A DNA stretch of 32,000 nt. It comes from Planctopirus limnophila DSM 3776. GTDB taxonomy: Bacteria; Planctomycetota; Planctomycetia; Planctomycetales; Planctomycetaceae. A model generated the notes under the pieces. That model was not told the DNA's origin and did not search any database. It worked only from the letters and a program-made list of their open reading frames with translations. The stretch lies in the NCBI RefSeq assembly GCF_000092105.1, contig NC_014148.1, positions 240,001 to 272,000 on the forward strand, given 5' to 3'. Each line of letters opens with the position of its first letter. Position 1 is the first letter of the stretch. Below are positions 18,901 to 25,612 of the stretch, in pieces. Made by a program: the position numbers and the translations under genes.

Positions 18901-19290
18901 GCGAGGCCCCCCTTCTTCCTGAACCAGCTTGGGTAATTGCTGCTCTAAAGGATCCCCACCCGCCAGCATTCGCCCACCTGGTGGTGTGGGGGCTGTCCGT
19001 AGCCAGTCCATGTAGCGGAAGAAATCGAGTGACGTGCCAAGTCTCTGCTCACCAATGCGGAGAAGTTCATCGCCAGGTTGCGGCCTGGGCCCCTTGAATT
19101 CAATTCCAGGGGTCTTGCGGATGATAATCGACGTCAACTTGCCGGGTTGCAGGGGTTTGTCGACCAGCAGGCAGCGCAGTCTCACATCAGGTGCTGTGGC
19201 CACATAGACGAGAGCGATCATGCAGTAGACAAGAGAGCAACCTCCCAAAGCTGCCAGCACCGGCCGCACCCATCGCCTGGCAGCACTCAT
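15994..19290 (-). CDS. membrane-embedded sigma54-dependent transcriptional activator (bEBP), 1098 aa
   Basis: The AAA+ sigma54-interaction domain has VLITGESGTGKELLAQAIH, the GAFTGA variant GSFTGA in ELFGHVKGSFTGAYADKPGRFE, GGTLFLDEIGEIP and WPGNIRELENVIERA. The C-terminal Fis-type HTH is GNKAEAARMLGLPRSTYFSKLKKY. The N-terminal ~470 aa contain about 10-11 hydrophobic helices, followed by a GAF-like segment. A strong AGGAGAGGG RBS precedes the ATG at 19290. Confidence 0.9.
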   Translation of the reverse strand: MSAARRWVRPVLAALGGCSLVYCMIALVYVATAPDVRLRCLLVDKPLQPGKLTSIIIRKTPGIEFKGPRPQPGDELLRIGEQRLGTSLDFFRYMDWLRTAPTPPGGRMLAGGDPLEQQLPKLVQEEGGPRWVEIEFYRPEDDKVYVASLAVQGVPLDEIGLTLVWFLFQLAIFSVSAIAFWRRPFDHPAQLFFSMCLVTISAFVGGFHWWVIAGNPWLNLPFAITAIMVPVVTFHFFLIYPRPKPPIDRYSFETLVGIYAIPIAALVLFLLAEWSIWWLMATTGISVEARALQMFGWLVALKNGVYIYVSIAAFYFAGIIAALVHGFWTTRNPVERNQVKWILWAGLIATLLIGYTLLLAGVSRADFALGGGRWPMFFASLVFMLAYAVGISRFKLMLVDQVVSRGMLYYVLSFGTTLVVSIAIAMTAVAAVSWREQLTSPQLVVVAAILVVTVGMFLWARDVWQRLVDRRFFREKYQLDKVLQRMNRAVGQLADAESLAQRMAGSCQDVIQAERAAIYLREGRSTNFRLIAAEGVWPNVSMQISTSADFVMTLAAATTLQAVPAASRDSMNPVQSFLRDLQAELIHALEVEGELSGFVVLGPRQTNGVYSAEDITFLTAMGQITGVALHCAKVHKDLSRLNEELRLKVDRIEQQKQQILMLQAEINESQEPESPAPVTEFNRGMIRGSSQALMEVLEVVRKAAASDSSVLITGESGTGKELLAQAIHANSPRRDGPLVIVHCAALSTGLLESELFGHVKGSFTGAYADKPGRFELANGGTLFLDEIGEIPLETQVKLLRVLQQRTFERVGSSETLRCDVRVVAATHKNLEQAIRDSRFREDLYYRLNVVHIALPALRERKDDLYELFRHFLKQAANKTGKRVFRIDESALAALLAYQWPGNIRELENVIERAVVLSESNTVTLADLPPALRRLETSAIRRMESAMQPLVVESVSGTEVVAASEERGAMHHVAPLDSSPVSVPDSSSGKSFTNSTKTITDRTESKPRATTGHEKSSASRSKGRGRKPLPQSLSVNESVWETASNETGRFASDMTESEERQLLIKALEQCQGNKAEAARMLGLPRSTYFSKLKKYRLAN

Positions 19291-19335
19291 TTTGCCCTCT
19301 CCTGGATCAAGTAACAGATGGCAGAGTCAAAGAAC

Positions 19336-19464
19336 TCAGCGCCGATTCGTAGAAATCAATCTATCCTCAGCGGCGCCGATTGCAATTGAAACCGACCCGC
19401 TGAGCGCCGAAATGACAAATTAGCCAGTGCAATCAATAAGTCATCAGCATAAATCGGCGCCGAT
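19336..19464. promoter_or_regulatory. array of four GCGCCGA(T/A) motifs, one forming the perfect palindrome ATCGGCGCCGAT (candidate UAS/operator)
   Basis: The copies were read directly: tcagcgccgatt (19336-19347), tcagcggcgccgatt (19367-19381), tgagcgccgaa (19401-19411) and atcggcgccgat (19453-19464, self-complementary). ctcagcgg (19366-19373) and ccgctgag (19397-19404) form an inverted repeat. The assignment as a protein-binding site is inference. Confidence 0.35.
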
Positions 19465-19572
19465 GTTGACTTTTGCAAATTTATCAGAACAGACACAAAG
19501 CCATTCATAGTAATGAAATAAGTTTTGAAGTTATTTGTTTCAGAACACGTGTTTGCTGAAGTCGATAGATTG

Positions 19573-19588
19573 CGGCACGGTGGTTGCA
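19573..19588 (+). promoter_or_regulatory. sigma54 (-24/-12) promoter candidate
   Basis: cGGCACggtggTTGCa matches TGGCAC-N5-TTGC with only the first T mismatched. GG is at 19574-19575 and GC at 19586-19587, with exactly 10 nt between them. It is intergenic, about 280 bp from the divergent sigma54 activator gene. It is the only correctly spaced hit I found among the TGGCAC-like hits I checked by eye on both strands. Confidence 0.5.
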
Positions 19589-19809
19589 TGACTTTATGCT
19601 ATCGACGAAAAGTCGACTTCCTTTACCCCAGCCGCCCCTGGAGAATTGTCAGTCTCAACAAGATCCGTGCGTTCCCGATCCACTGAAAAGCGACCCAACC
19701 CACAAGTTTTTCAGCTATCTTTCTTGAACACACCACGCGGACTTGTGAGAACTGTCTCCAGGGGCTTTTTCGTTTTTTGATTTCTCTGGCTCAGCCCTTT
19801 TCATAAGAA

Positions 19810-20487
19810 ATGCCAGATCATCTGGCCAATCTTCTTCGGGCCAATCTTTGTGGGGGCTGTGTGGTGCGTTGGATTCTCGGAAGCAGGTCGCCCAGACGTC
19901 TCGAACTGTTGAAGGCTTTTGACCCTCGAGGTGACATCCGTGCAGTTCCTCCGCGATCTCCAGATGAGATGGAATTCGAAGGACTTCATCGCTGGGATGA
20001 GATTGTTGAGCGTTCACTTTTGATCGCTCAAACCAAATATGAAGATGTCTGGGAACAGGTGGCGCGGGAGAATCTGGAAAACACACTGATTCTTTGTGGC
20101 GACACGACCGTACTGTGCGAAACAGAGCCGGGTTCCTGGTTGGCAATCGGACAACCACCGGTGGATGACCCGCAGCATCAGGTGCTTCGAAAATGGTTGG
20201 GGCAATTCCTCGCCAACCGGACTCATCGCGTTCTCAGCTCTTGTGTGCTGAGATTGGCTTCCGGCGAATTACGGCAAGGTTCAATTGTGACGAATGTCAC
20301 TTTCCGCTCCGATGTCGAACAATGGCTCGACTGGTATCTTTCGCTCAACGAATCTGCCGGGAGGGCTGGTGGCTACGCGATTCAAGGTGCGGGAAGTATC
20401 TTTGTGGACAAGATCGAAGGCAGTCTCAGCAATGTCATCGGGTTGCCGCTCGAACTGCTTGCCGAATGGACAGCCTGCCGCCGGTAA
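19810..20487 (+). CDS. maf: Maf-like nucleoside triphosphate pyrophosphatase (septum formation protein Maf)
   Basis: Maf motifs are present: ILGSRSPRRLELL, ILCGDTTV and GGYAIQGAGSIFVDKIEGSLSNVIGLPLELL. The start may instead be the GTG at 19861. Confidence 0.85.
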   Translation: MPDHLANLLRANLCGGCVVRWILGSRSPRRLELLKAFDPRGDIRAVPPRSPDEMEFEGLHRWDEIVERSLLIAQTKYEDVWEQVARENLENTLILCGDTTVLCETEPGSWLAIGQPPVDDPQHQVLRKWLGQFLANRTHRVLSSCVLRLASGELRQGSIVTNVTFRSDVEQWLDWYLSLNESAGRAGGYAIQGAGSIFVDKIEGSLSNVIGLPLELLAEWTACRR

Positions 20488-20546
20488 GCTTTCCGCAAGC
20501 GTTAACAGTTCAAGCCCAGCTTTTTCAGGAAGTCTCCGACAACGCG

Positions 20547-21692
20547 ATGTCGTTACCATTACCAGATGCTGCGGGTTTTGTGGGGAACAATTCGGCTAAC
20601 CAATTGCCCGAAACGGCGTCGTCACTTGGGCGACAACATCCTCAGCCATCCCAGGATTTATCGTGGTGGATTGGTCGCCGGCAGATCCCTTCTCGTTATG
20701 GATTGGCGCCTTTGGCGGGTTACACCCAGCGGCCTTTCCGCGTGGCATTAAGGGAGCTGGGAGGCATGGGGCTGGCCACGACCGATCTGGTTCATGCGGT
20801 CAAACTGCTGTCGAACAACGCGTTTTCTCAACAACTCATTGCGACAAGTCTGCTGGATCAACCGCTCAGCGTTCAACTTTTTGGAGCCGATCCCACGCAT
20901 GTGGCGACGGCTGCCCGCTGGCTGGAAGACCTGGGCTATGAAGGAGTTGATCTCAACATGGGTTGCCCGATGGCAAAGGTCAACAGCCAGGGTGGCGGGG
21001 CACGGCTGATGTGTGACCCAACGGGGGCAACCAGGCTGGTTGCTCTGGTCGTGGCCTCTGTTTCAATTCCTGTCACGGTGAAAATGCGGCTCGGCTGGGA
21101 TGCTCAATCATTGAGTGCCCCACTTCTGGCCAGGCAGTTTGAAGAGGTCGGGGCGGCTGCGATCACAATTCATGGTCGGACGAGAGCTCAGGGATTTTCT
21201 GGCAAGGTCAGCCGTGAAGGGATTGCTGCCACAGTCGCTGCCGTGCAATCGATTCCGGTTATTGGGAATGGGGATGTCCGAACTGTAGAAGACGCCATTT
21301 CCATGCGGCGAGAAACCGGGTGTGCGGCTGTGGCGATTGGCCGGGGAGCCATGCTCGATCCGTGGATCTTTCGCAAACTTCATGACTTTGAAATGACGGG
21401 TCAATATGCTGAGCCCGGCCCGGAAGAGCAGATCCAGTTTCTCGTCACTCACTTTCGCGAGATGGTTGATCTCTTTGGAGAGCAGGCGACGCGACTCTTT
21501 CGCAAGTTCGCCGGGTGGTACGGCGCCCGGTTAGGAATTCCTCAAGACCTGGAGGATCGACTTCGCCGGGTCGAGTCTCTTTCAGAATTCGAGGAAATTG
21601 TGGCTGAAATCCGTGAACGTCATGGCGAGGAACCGCCTCGTATTCCGACAGCCCTGTTGAAAGTCCCAAATGGGCCGAACGAACTCTGGTAA
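20547..21692 (+). CDS. dus: tRNA-dihydrouridine synthase
   Basis: Dus motifs are present: LAPLAGYTQRPFR, VQLFGADP, GVDLNMGCPMAKV, VTVKMRLGWD and ITIHGRTRAQGFSG. I chose the ATG at 20547 (an alternative is 20466). The track ORF from 20193 overlaps maf and is not credible upstream of these starts. Confidence 0.88.
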   Translation: MSLPLPDAAGFVGNNSANQLPETASSLGRQHPQPSQDLSWWIGRRQIPSRYGLAPLAGYTQRPFRVALRELGGMGLATTDLVHAVKLLSNNAFSQQLIATSLLDQPLSVQLFGADPTHVATAARWLEDLGYEGVDLNMGCPMAKVNSQGGGARLMCDPTGATRLVALVVASVSIPVTVKMRLGWDAQSLSAPLLARQFEEVGAAAITIHGRTRAQGFSGKVSREGIAATVAAVQSIPVIGNGDVRTVEDAISMRRETGCAAVAIGRGAMLDPWIFRKLHDFEMTGQYAEPGPEEQIQFLVTHFREMVDLFGEQATRLFRKFAGWYGARLGIPQDLEDRLRRVESLSEFEEIVAEIRERHGEEPPRIPTALLKVPNGPNELW

Positions 21693-21773
21693 CATCAAGA
21701 AGGCACAACAGTATATGCTTCAATTGGTTACGACAATCGGCCTGGGTGGTTTGATCGTCTTGGCCTTGCCCGC

Positions 21774-21802
21774 TTGAAAGCAGTCGTATGAGTTCCTAAA
21801 CT
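21774..21802 (+). promoter_or_regulatory. sigma70-like promoter for tRNA-Lys
   Basis: TTGAAA (21774-21779), a 17-nt spacer, then TAAACT (21797-21802). This ends 10 nt before the tRNA 5' end. It rests on a pattern match only. Confidence 0.4.
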
Positions 21803-21812
21803 TCTTGCACAA

Positions 21813-21885
21813 GCCCCTATAGCTCAATTGGTAGAGCAGCAGACTCTTAATCTGTTTGTTGTAGGTTCGAGTCCTACTGGGGGCA
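21813..21885 (+). tRNA. tRNA-Lys (anticodon CTT)
   Basis: I folded the cloverleaf by hand. The acceptor stem is gccccta/tgggggc and the D arm is gctc-aattggta-gagc. The anticodon stem is gcaga/tctgt with loop ctCTTaa. A 5-nt variable loop and the T arm gtagg-ttcgagt-cctac follow, with discriminator a. It is 73 nt with no encoded CCA. Confidence 0.9.
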
Positions 21886-21914
21886 CTTCTTCTGTATTGC
21901 CAGAACCAGTTAAA

Positions 21915-21950
21915 GCCTCTGCAAATCGTATTGCAGGGGCTTGTTTTTTT
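21915..21950 (+). terminator. Rho-independent terminator after tRNA-Lys
   Basis: The stem gcctctgcaa / ttgcaggggc is 10 bp including one G-U pair. The loop is atcgta and ttgttttttt follows. Confidence 0.7.
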
Positions 21951-22015
21951 GCTGGAGTTGGTTCGCCATCGCGTGGAGCGAAACGGCGTATTCCCTAGGA
22001 CTCCTGAAGATCGCG

Positions 22016-22933
22016 TTACGTTAGCTCGACGCCCATCGTTCCAAAGAACCATTTCATATCCTGCCAGACATCTTTTTTTGCAGGTGGGTTACGCAGCAGG
22101 TACGAGGGGTGATAGGTGCAGCAGACTTTCGCTCTGCCATACTCAAAGAGTTTGCCGCGAAGTTTGCCAATGGCCTCGGTCGTTCCCAGAAGATTCTTCG
22201 CCGCCGTTGAACCCCAGCAGATGATGTATTCGGGATTTACAATCGAGATCTGTCCATCGAGCCATTCGCGGCAATTTCCAGCTTCTTCTGGTGAGGGCAG
22301 GCGATTGCCTGGCGGCCGGCATCTCAAAATATTGCAGATGTAGATTTCCTCTCTCTTGAGTTTACAGGCGGCAATAATGCCATCCAGAAGCTGGCCCGCA
22401 CGACCGACAAACGGAACTCCTGTCGCATCCTCGTCTGCTCCCGGTGCTTCGCCCAGAAACATGATTTTTGCCTGCGGATTTCCCACGCCGAAGACCGTCT
22501 GTTTGCGGGTACTCGCTAATTCCGGGCAGCGGGTACAGTTCGCCACGCACTTTTTCAGTTTCTCAAGCTCATGGACACGTTCTGCCAGAGGAAGATTCAA
22601 CAACTTGGGTGGCTGTGGAGCGATTCCGCTTGCCGTTGGGGCGGGCGGCGCCATTTGCGAACGCGCACTGCGCTTGGCCATTTCAAGTTCCTCAGGGGCG
22701 ATTAGTCGTGATGAATCTGTCAAACGGGCTGCTGCTGTGTTCGCTTCTGCTGAATGCGATGCACCCCGCACGCGAGACGGTTCGAGTGGTGCTGTTGCGG
22801 GAGTGGTCAATAGAGGCAGCAGTTGCAGAATCTCGGGGCTCCAATGGCTCACGCCACTGCGAGCCACGATTTCCAGTTCCTGCCTGAGTGCCCGCCGCAA
22901 TTGATCTCCCGGATTGCCACGATCAATCGTCAT
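22016..22933 (-). CDS. uracil-DNA glycosylase, family 4, with ~120-aa low-complexity N-terminal extension
   Basis: Family-4 UDG motifs are present: CTRCPEL, the GEAPGADED motif within [27 protein letters not shown], and [12 protein letters not shown]. The ATG at 22933 overlaps the upstream MFS stop as ATGA. Confidence 0.85.
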   Translation of the reverse strand: MTIDRGNPGDQLRRALRQELEIVARSGVSHWSPEILQLLPLLTTPATAPLEPSRVRGASHSAEANTAAARLTDSSRLIAPEELEMAKRSARSQMAPPAPTASGIAPQPPKLLNLPLAERVHELEKLKKCVANCTRCPELASTRKQTVFGVGNPQAKIMFLGEAPGADEDATGVPFVGRAGQLLDGIIAACKLKREEIYICNILRCRPPGNRLPSPEEAGNCREWLDGQISIVNPEYIICWGSTAAKNLLGTTEAIGKLRGKLFEYGRAKVCCTYHPSYLLRNPPAKKDVWQDMKWFFGTMGVELT

Positions 22934-24324
22934 GCGGTCTCTCCCGGAATGATCACTGGTGGAGTTGTGGTCACAGCATCAAGGGGAGTCGTAGCGGCTT
23001 CCAGTTCGCTCAGATTGACAGTGGGTGGCCTGAAGAAGATCAGCAGTGGCACGAGCAGGCCCGCACCCACCCAGAACGTAAATTGCTCCGAGAGTCCAAA
23101 ACTCCCCAGAATTTTGACAGAGACGATGTAGATGACCCCTGCCAGAGCAATGCCGATCCAGTTGACCAGATTCATCACACCAATAATGCGGCCCTTCTGC
23201 CCATCACTGGCCATGGCCTGTAGGAATGTCTGCAAAGGGACACTGTACATCCCGGCAAACAGCCCCACACCAACAAGAGCGATGCTGGCACCAATGGGGC
23301 TCAACCACGGTTTGCCCTTGAAGCCTTCAGCACCGGGCATGCCCAGCAGAATAAGACAGCCAGTCAGTCCGACAAGGCCGACCGTAACCAGTCGCCCGCG
23401 AACTTTATCGCGGCACCAGATCCCGGCGAAGACACAGCCGACGGCAATTCCCAGGCCCGTTGTGGCTGCCATCAGGCCTGTCTGGGTATCCGAAAATCCA
23501 TGGATGGTTTTCCCGAGAGCGTTGATCGAATTGGGGTAGACCATCCCGGCGACCATCCAGAAGACCGACGAAGCGATGAGAACTGGCAGCAAACCTTTTT
23601 TGCTGGTAATCAGTTGCCACGTCGAGCGAGAAATGAACATTGATCCCAGTGTAAATTTCAAATGAGGATCAGCGACGCCGGGCTCGCGGAGCAGTAGCAC
23701 GGTGATCGTGCCTGTGATGGCGACAAACAAACAGGCGATACTGGCAATCCAGAGTCGTCCATGAAACAGATCGGCCAGAAAACCGGCGAGTGCCAGGCCG
23801 AAAATGATGGCCAGAAAGGTGGTCATCAGGAGCAGGCCGTTGGCTTTGGGCAGCTCGGATTTGTGGAAGAGTTCGGGCAGGATGCCATACTTGGGGGGGC
23901 CGAACATCGCACTGTGTGCCCCCATCAATCCGAGAATCAGAATCAGGAGCGGAAGTGACCCCAGATAGAAGCCGATGAGACCCGCGAGTACCAGGCCGAT
24001 CTCGGCAATCTTGCACCAGAAGGCAATGGTTCGCTTGCTGAAACGATCAGAAAGAAAACCAGCGAAGCCTGAAAGAAAGATGAACGGCACCGAGAAAGCC
24101 ACTGTGGCTAACCCTTGATTCAGCCCTTTGTTATCCGGGGTATTTGGCCCGAAGATCGGCGGGGCTGCCACACAAATGAGCAACACGAGTTCTTTGAAAA
24201 GATTATCGTTAAACGCACCCAGGAATTGCGTGGCGTTGAGTCCCCAGAAGGCTCTGTCTTTCAGCAGTGGCTGGTTGGAAAGAGCCGTAGTCATGAGGCA
24301 TTTCCTGATGAAGTCGTCGGGCAA
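22930..24324 (-). CDS. MFS transporter, LplT (lysophospholipid transporter)-like
   Basis: It has about 12 TM helices. FLGAFNDNLFK, LSDRFSKR, PKYGILPEL and VPLQTFLQ resemble E. coli LplT. The start is probably the ATG at 24294 (MTTALSNQ) rather than the TTG at 24324. Confidence 0.85.
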   Translation of the reverse strand: MPDDFIRKCLMTTALSNQPLLKDRAFWGLNATQFLGAFNDNLFKELVLLICVAAPPIFGPNTPDNKGLNQGLATVAFSVPFIFLSGFAGFLSDRFSKRTIAFWCKIAEIGLVLAGLIGFYLGSLPLLILILGLMGAHSAMFGPPKYGILPELFHKSELPKANGLLLMTTFLAIIFGLALAGFLADLFHGRLWIASIACLFVAITGTITVLLLREPGVADPHLKFTLGSMFISRSTWQLITSKKGLLPVLIASSVFWMVAGMVYPNSINALGKTIHGFSDTQTGLMAATTGLGIAVGCVFAGIWCRDKVRGRLVTVGLVGLTGCLILLGMPGAEGFKGKPWLSPIGASIALVGVGLFAGMYSVPLQTFLQAMASDGQKGRIIGVMNLVNWIGIALAGVIYIVSVKILGSFGLSEQFTFWVGAGLLVPLLIFFRPPTVNLSELEAATTPLDAVTTTPPVIIPGETA

Positions 24325-24506
24325 GATTTTGAGAGATGGATGAGAATCATGTGCAGAAATGTGGCTGGAGTCTAGCTGAAGCGGGGTGGGATGTCTTGCC
24401 AGAAGGTTTTTGCATCGACATCAATTCGTCGCCGTTGGTTCTTATGGGTGTTTGCCGGACAGGCCACGCCCTTTCGCACTGTTTCCATTTCTGGGCCTCC
24501 AGCGTC

Positions 24507-24530
24507 GTGCCACCCTTCAAAGTGCCACCC
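24507..24530. repeat. direct repeat GTGCCACCC x2, 15-bp period
   Basis: The copies at 24507-24515 and 24522-24530 were read directly. The palindrome GGTGCACC lies nearby at 24546-24553. The repeat sits in the 250-bp spacer between the thioredoxin-like gene and the MFS gene. Confidence 0.6.
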
Positions 24531-24574
24531 GTTGAGTGGGTGAAAGGTGCACCCCGCACTGTCGCCATCAAAGA

Positions 24575-25204
24575 TTACTTCGATTCGCGGCGTTCGCGGG
24601 CGTAGCGAATGCGGCAACCTCGGGCGATCACTTCGGCTTTGGGGACGGGTTGACCTGACAGGATGGCATCCAGAGCTGCCGAGACATACTTGACTTCGAC
24701 ACTTTCGGCTTCGGTCTTATCGTCCATGGCACCCATGTAAGCAATCTTCCGTTCTCCATCGAGCACATAAAACTCGGGAGTAAAAATCGCCCCGTAATCC
24801 TTGGCGATTTTCTGCGTCTCATCATACAGGTAAGGGAACGAGTAACCTTTCTTTTGAACGCGCTGAGTAATTGCTTCCAGACGATCCTGCGGAACCTGAT
24901 TCACACAGACAGCGACCACCTCGACTCCCCGTGGTGCGTAATCTTTTCGCAGCTTTTCAATACGTTCTTCGTAGTCCACAGCCGTCGGACAGGAGAGGCA
25001 GGTAAAGACGAGGACCACGGCTTTACACTCCGCCAAATCCGCGAGCGAATGCTCCTTACCATCGGCACCGGGCAGTTTGCTCCAGGCGGGAGCCTTGTCG
25101 CCAATGCTGAGGACAGTGTTGAATTCACCGGCAGCCAGCAGAGCCGGCCAGGCCAGCCACAGGCCGATGAAAATCATGTTCCGGGCGATCGAATGGAAGA
25201 GCAT
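24575..25204 (-). CDS. thioredoxin-fold (TlpA/redoxin-like) protein, secreted or anchored
   Basis: The N-terminal hydrophobic segment is MIFIGLWLAWPALLAAG. The redox motif is VVLVFTCLSCPT (CxxC). AAGGAA lies 7 nt upstream of the ATG, and an in-frame TGA lies just upstream. Confidence 0.8.
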   Translation of the reverse strand: MLFHSIARNMIFIGLWLAWPALLAAGEFNTVLSIGDKAPAWSKLPGADGKEHSLADLAECKAVVLVFTCLSCPTAVDYEERIEKLRKDYAPRGVEVVAVCVNQVPQDRLEAITQRVQKKGYSFPYLYDETQKIAKDYGAIFTPEFYVLDGERKIAYMGAMDDKTEAESVEVKYVSAALDAILSGQPVPKAEVIARGCRIRYARERRESK

Positions 25205-25612
25205 GCATCATTCCTTGCCTTGAGGCGCGGGGTGTCAGACTAGTCACGAAGAACATGCATTCTACTGCAAATGGACTCTTTTTCGCCCGAAATCTGGCCA
25301 TCACCAGGAAGTTCAATTCTCAGCGGGAAAGGACGTGAACTCTGATTATGGTTCACAAGCGAATCTAGCCATAACCGGCGGTTTGATTGCCGAATTCCCG
25401 CGATAGGTGTACAACGATGACACTCAAGGAGTGGGTTTTGCCATGCACCAGTTTTCGCGAACATTCGATCGCGGATTGACGACGATTCGAGAAATCGAAT
25501 GGGTTTCGTCTCCCAGGAGATCAGCAGCCGAGGAGAGGCTATGCTCCGGGTGTGTCTGCAGATTCTGGCAGAAGGTGTCTCGCCCGGATGTGTTGCGGAT
25601 TGAGGGCAGCCG

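Noticed and set aside
19715-20158. 147-aa minus-strand ORF overlapping the maf 5' end and the sigma54-promoter-proximal region
   Set aside because: It is antisense to a motif-complete maf, has no recognisable features, and would leave no space for a promoter.
20193-20546. N-terminal 118 codons of the 499-aa track ORF for dus
   Set aside because: This stretch overlaps maf in another frame, is Arg/Cys-rich, and precedes the conserved Dus core. The ATG at 20547 (or 20466) gives a normal-length enzyme.
21813-22015. tRNA-Lys as an integration hotspot or genomic island boundary
   Set aside because: There is no integrase and no compositional shift downstream. I spotted no repeat of the tRNA 3' half in the window. 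The next gene is an ordinary UDG on the opposite strand.
24372-24617. 81-aa minus ORF with protein-like text (IEVIFDGDSAGCTFHPLNGWHFEGWHDAGG), and the opposing 89-aa + ORF at 24336-24605
   Set aside because: The NGWH/EGWH repetition is just the DNA direct repeat GGGTGGCAC read in frame. The only start is a TTG located inside the upstream thioredoxin-like gene, and no start codon exists after that gene's stop. The + ORF overlaps the 3' end of the same gene antisense. I treat the region as a non-coding spacer.
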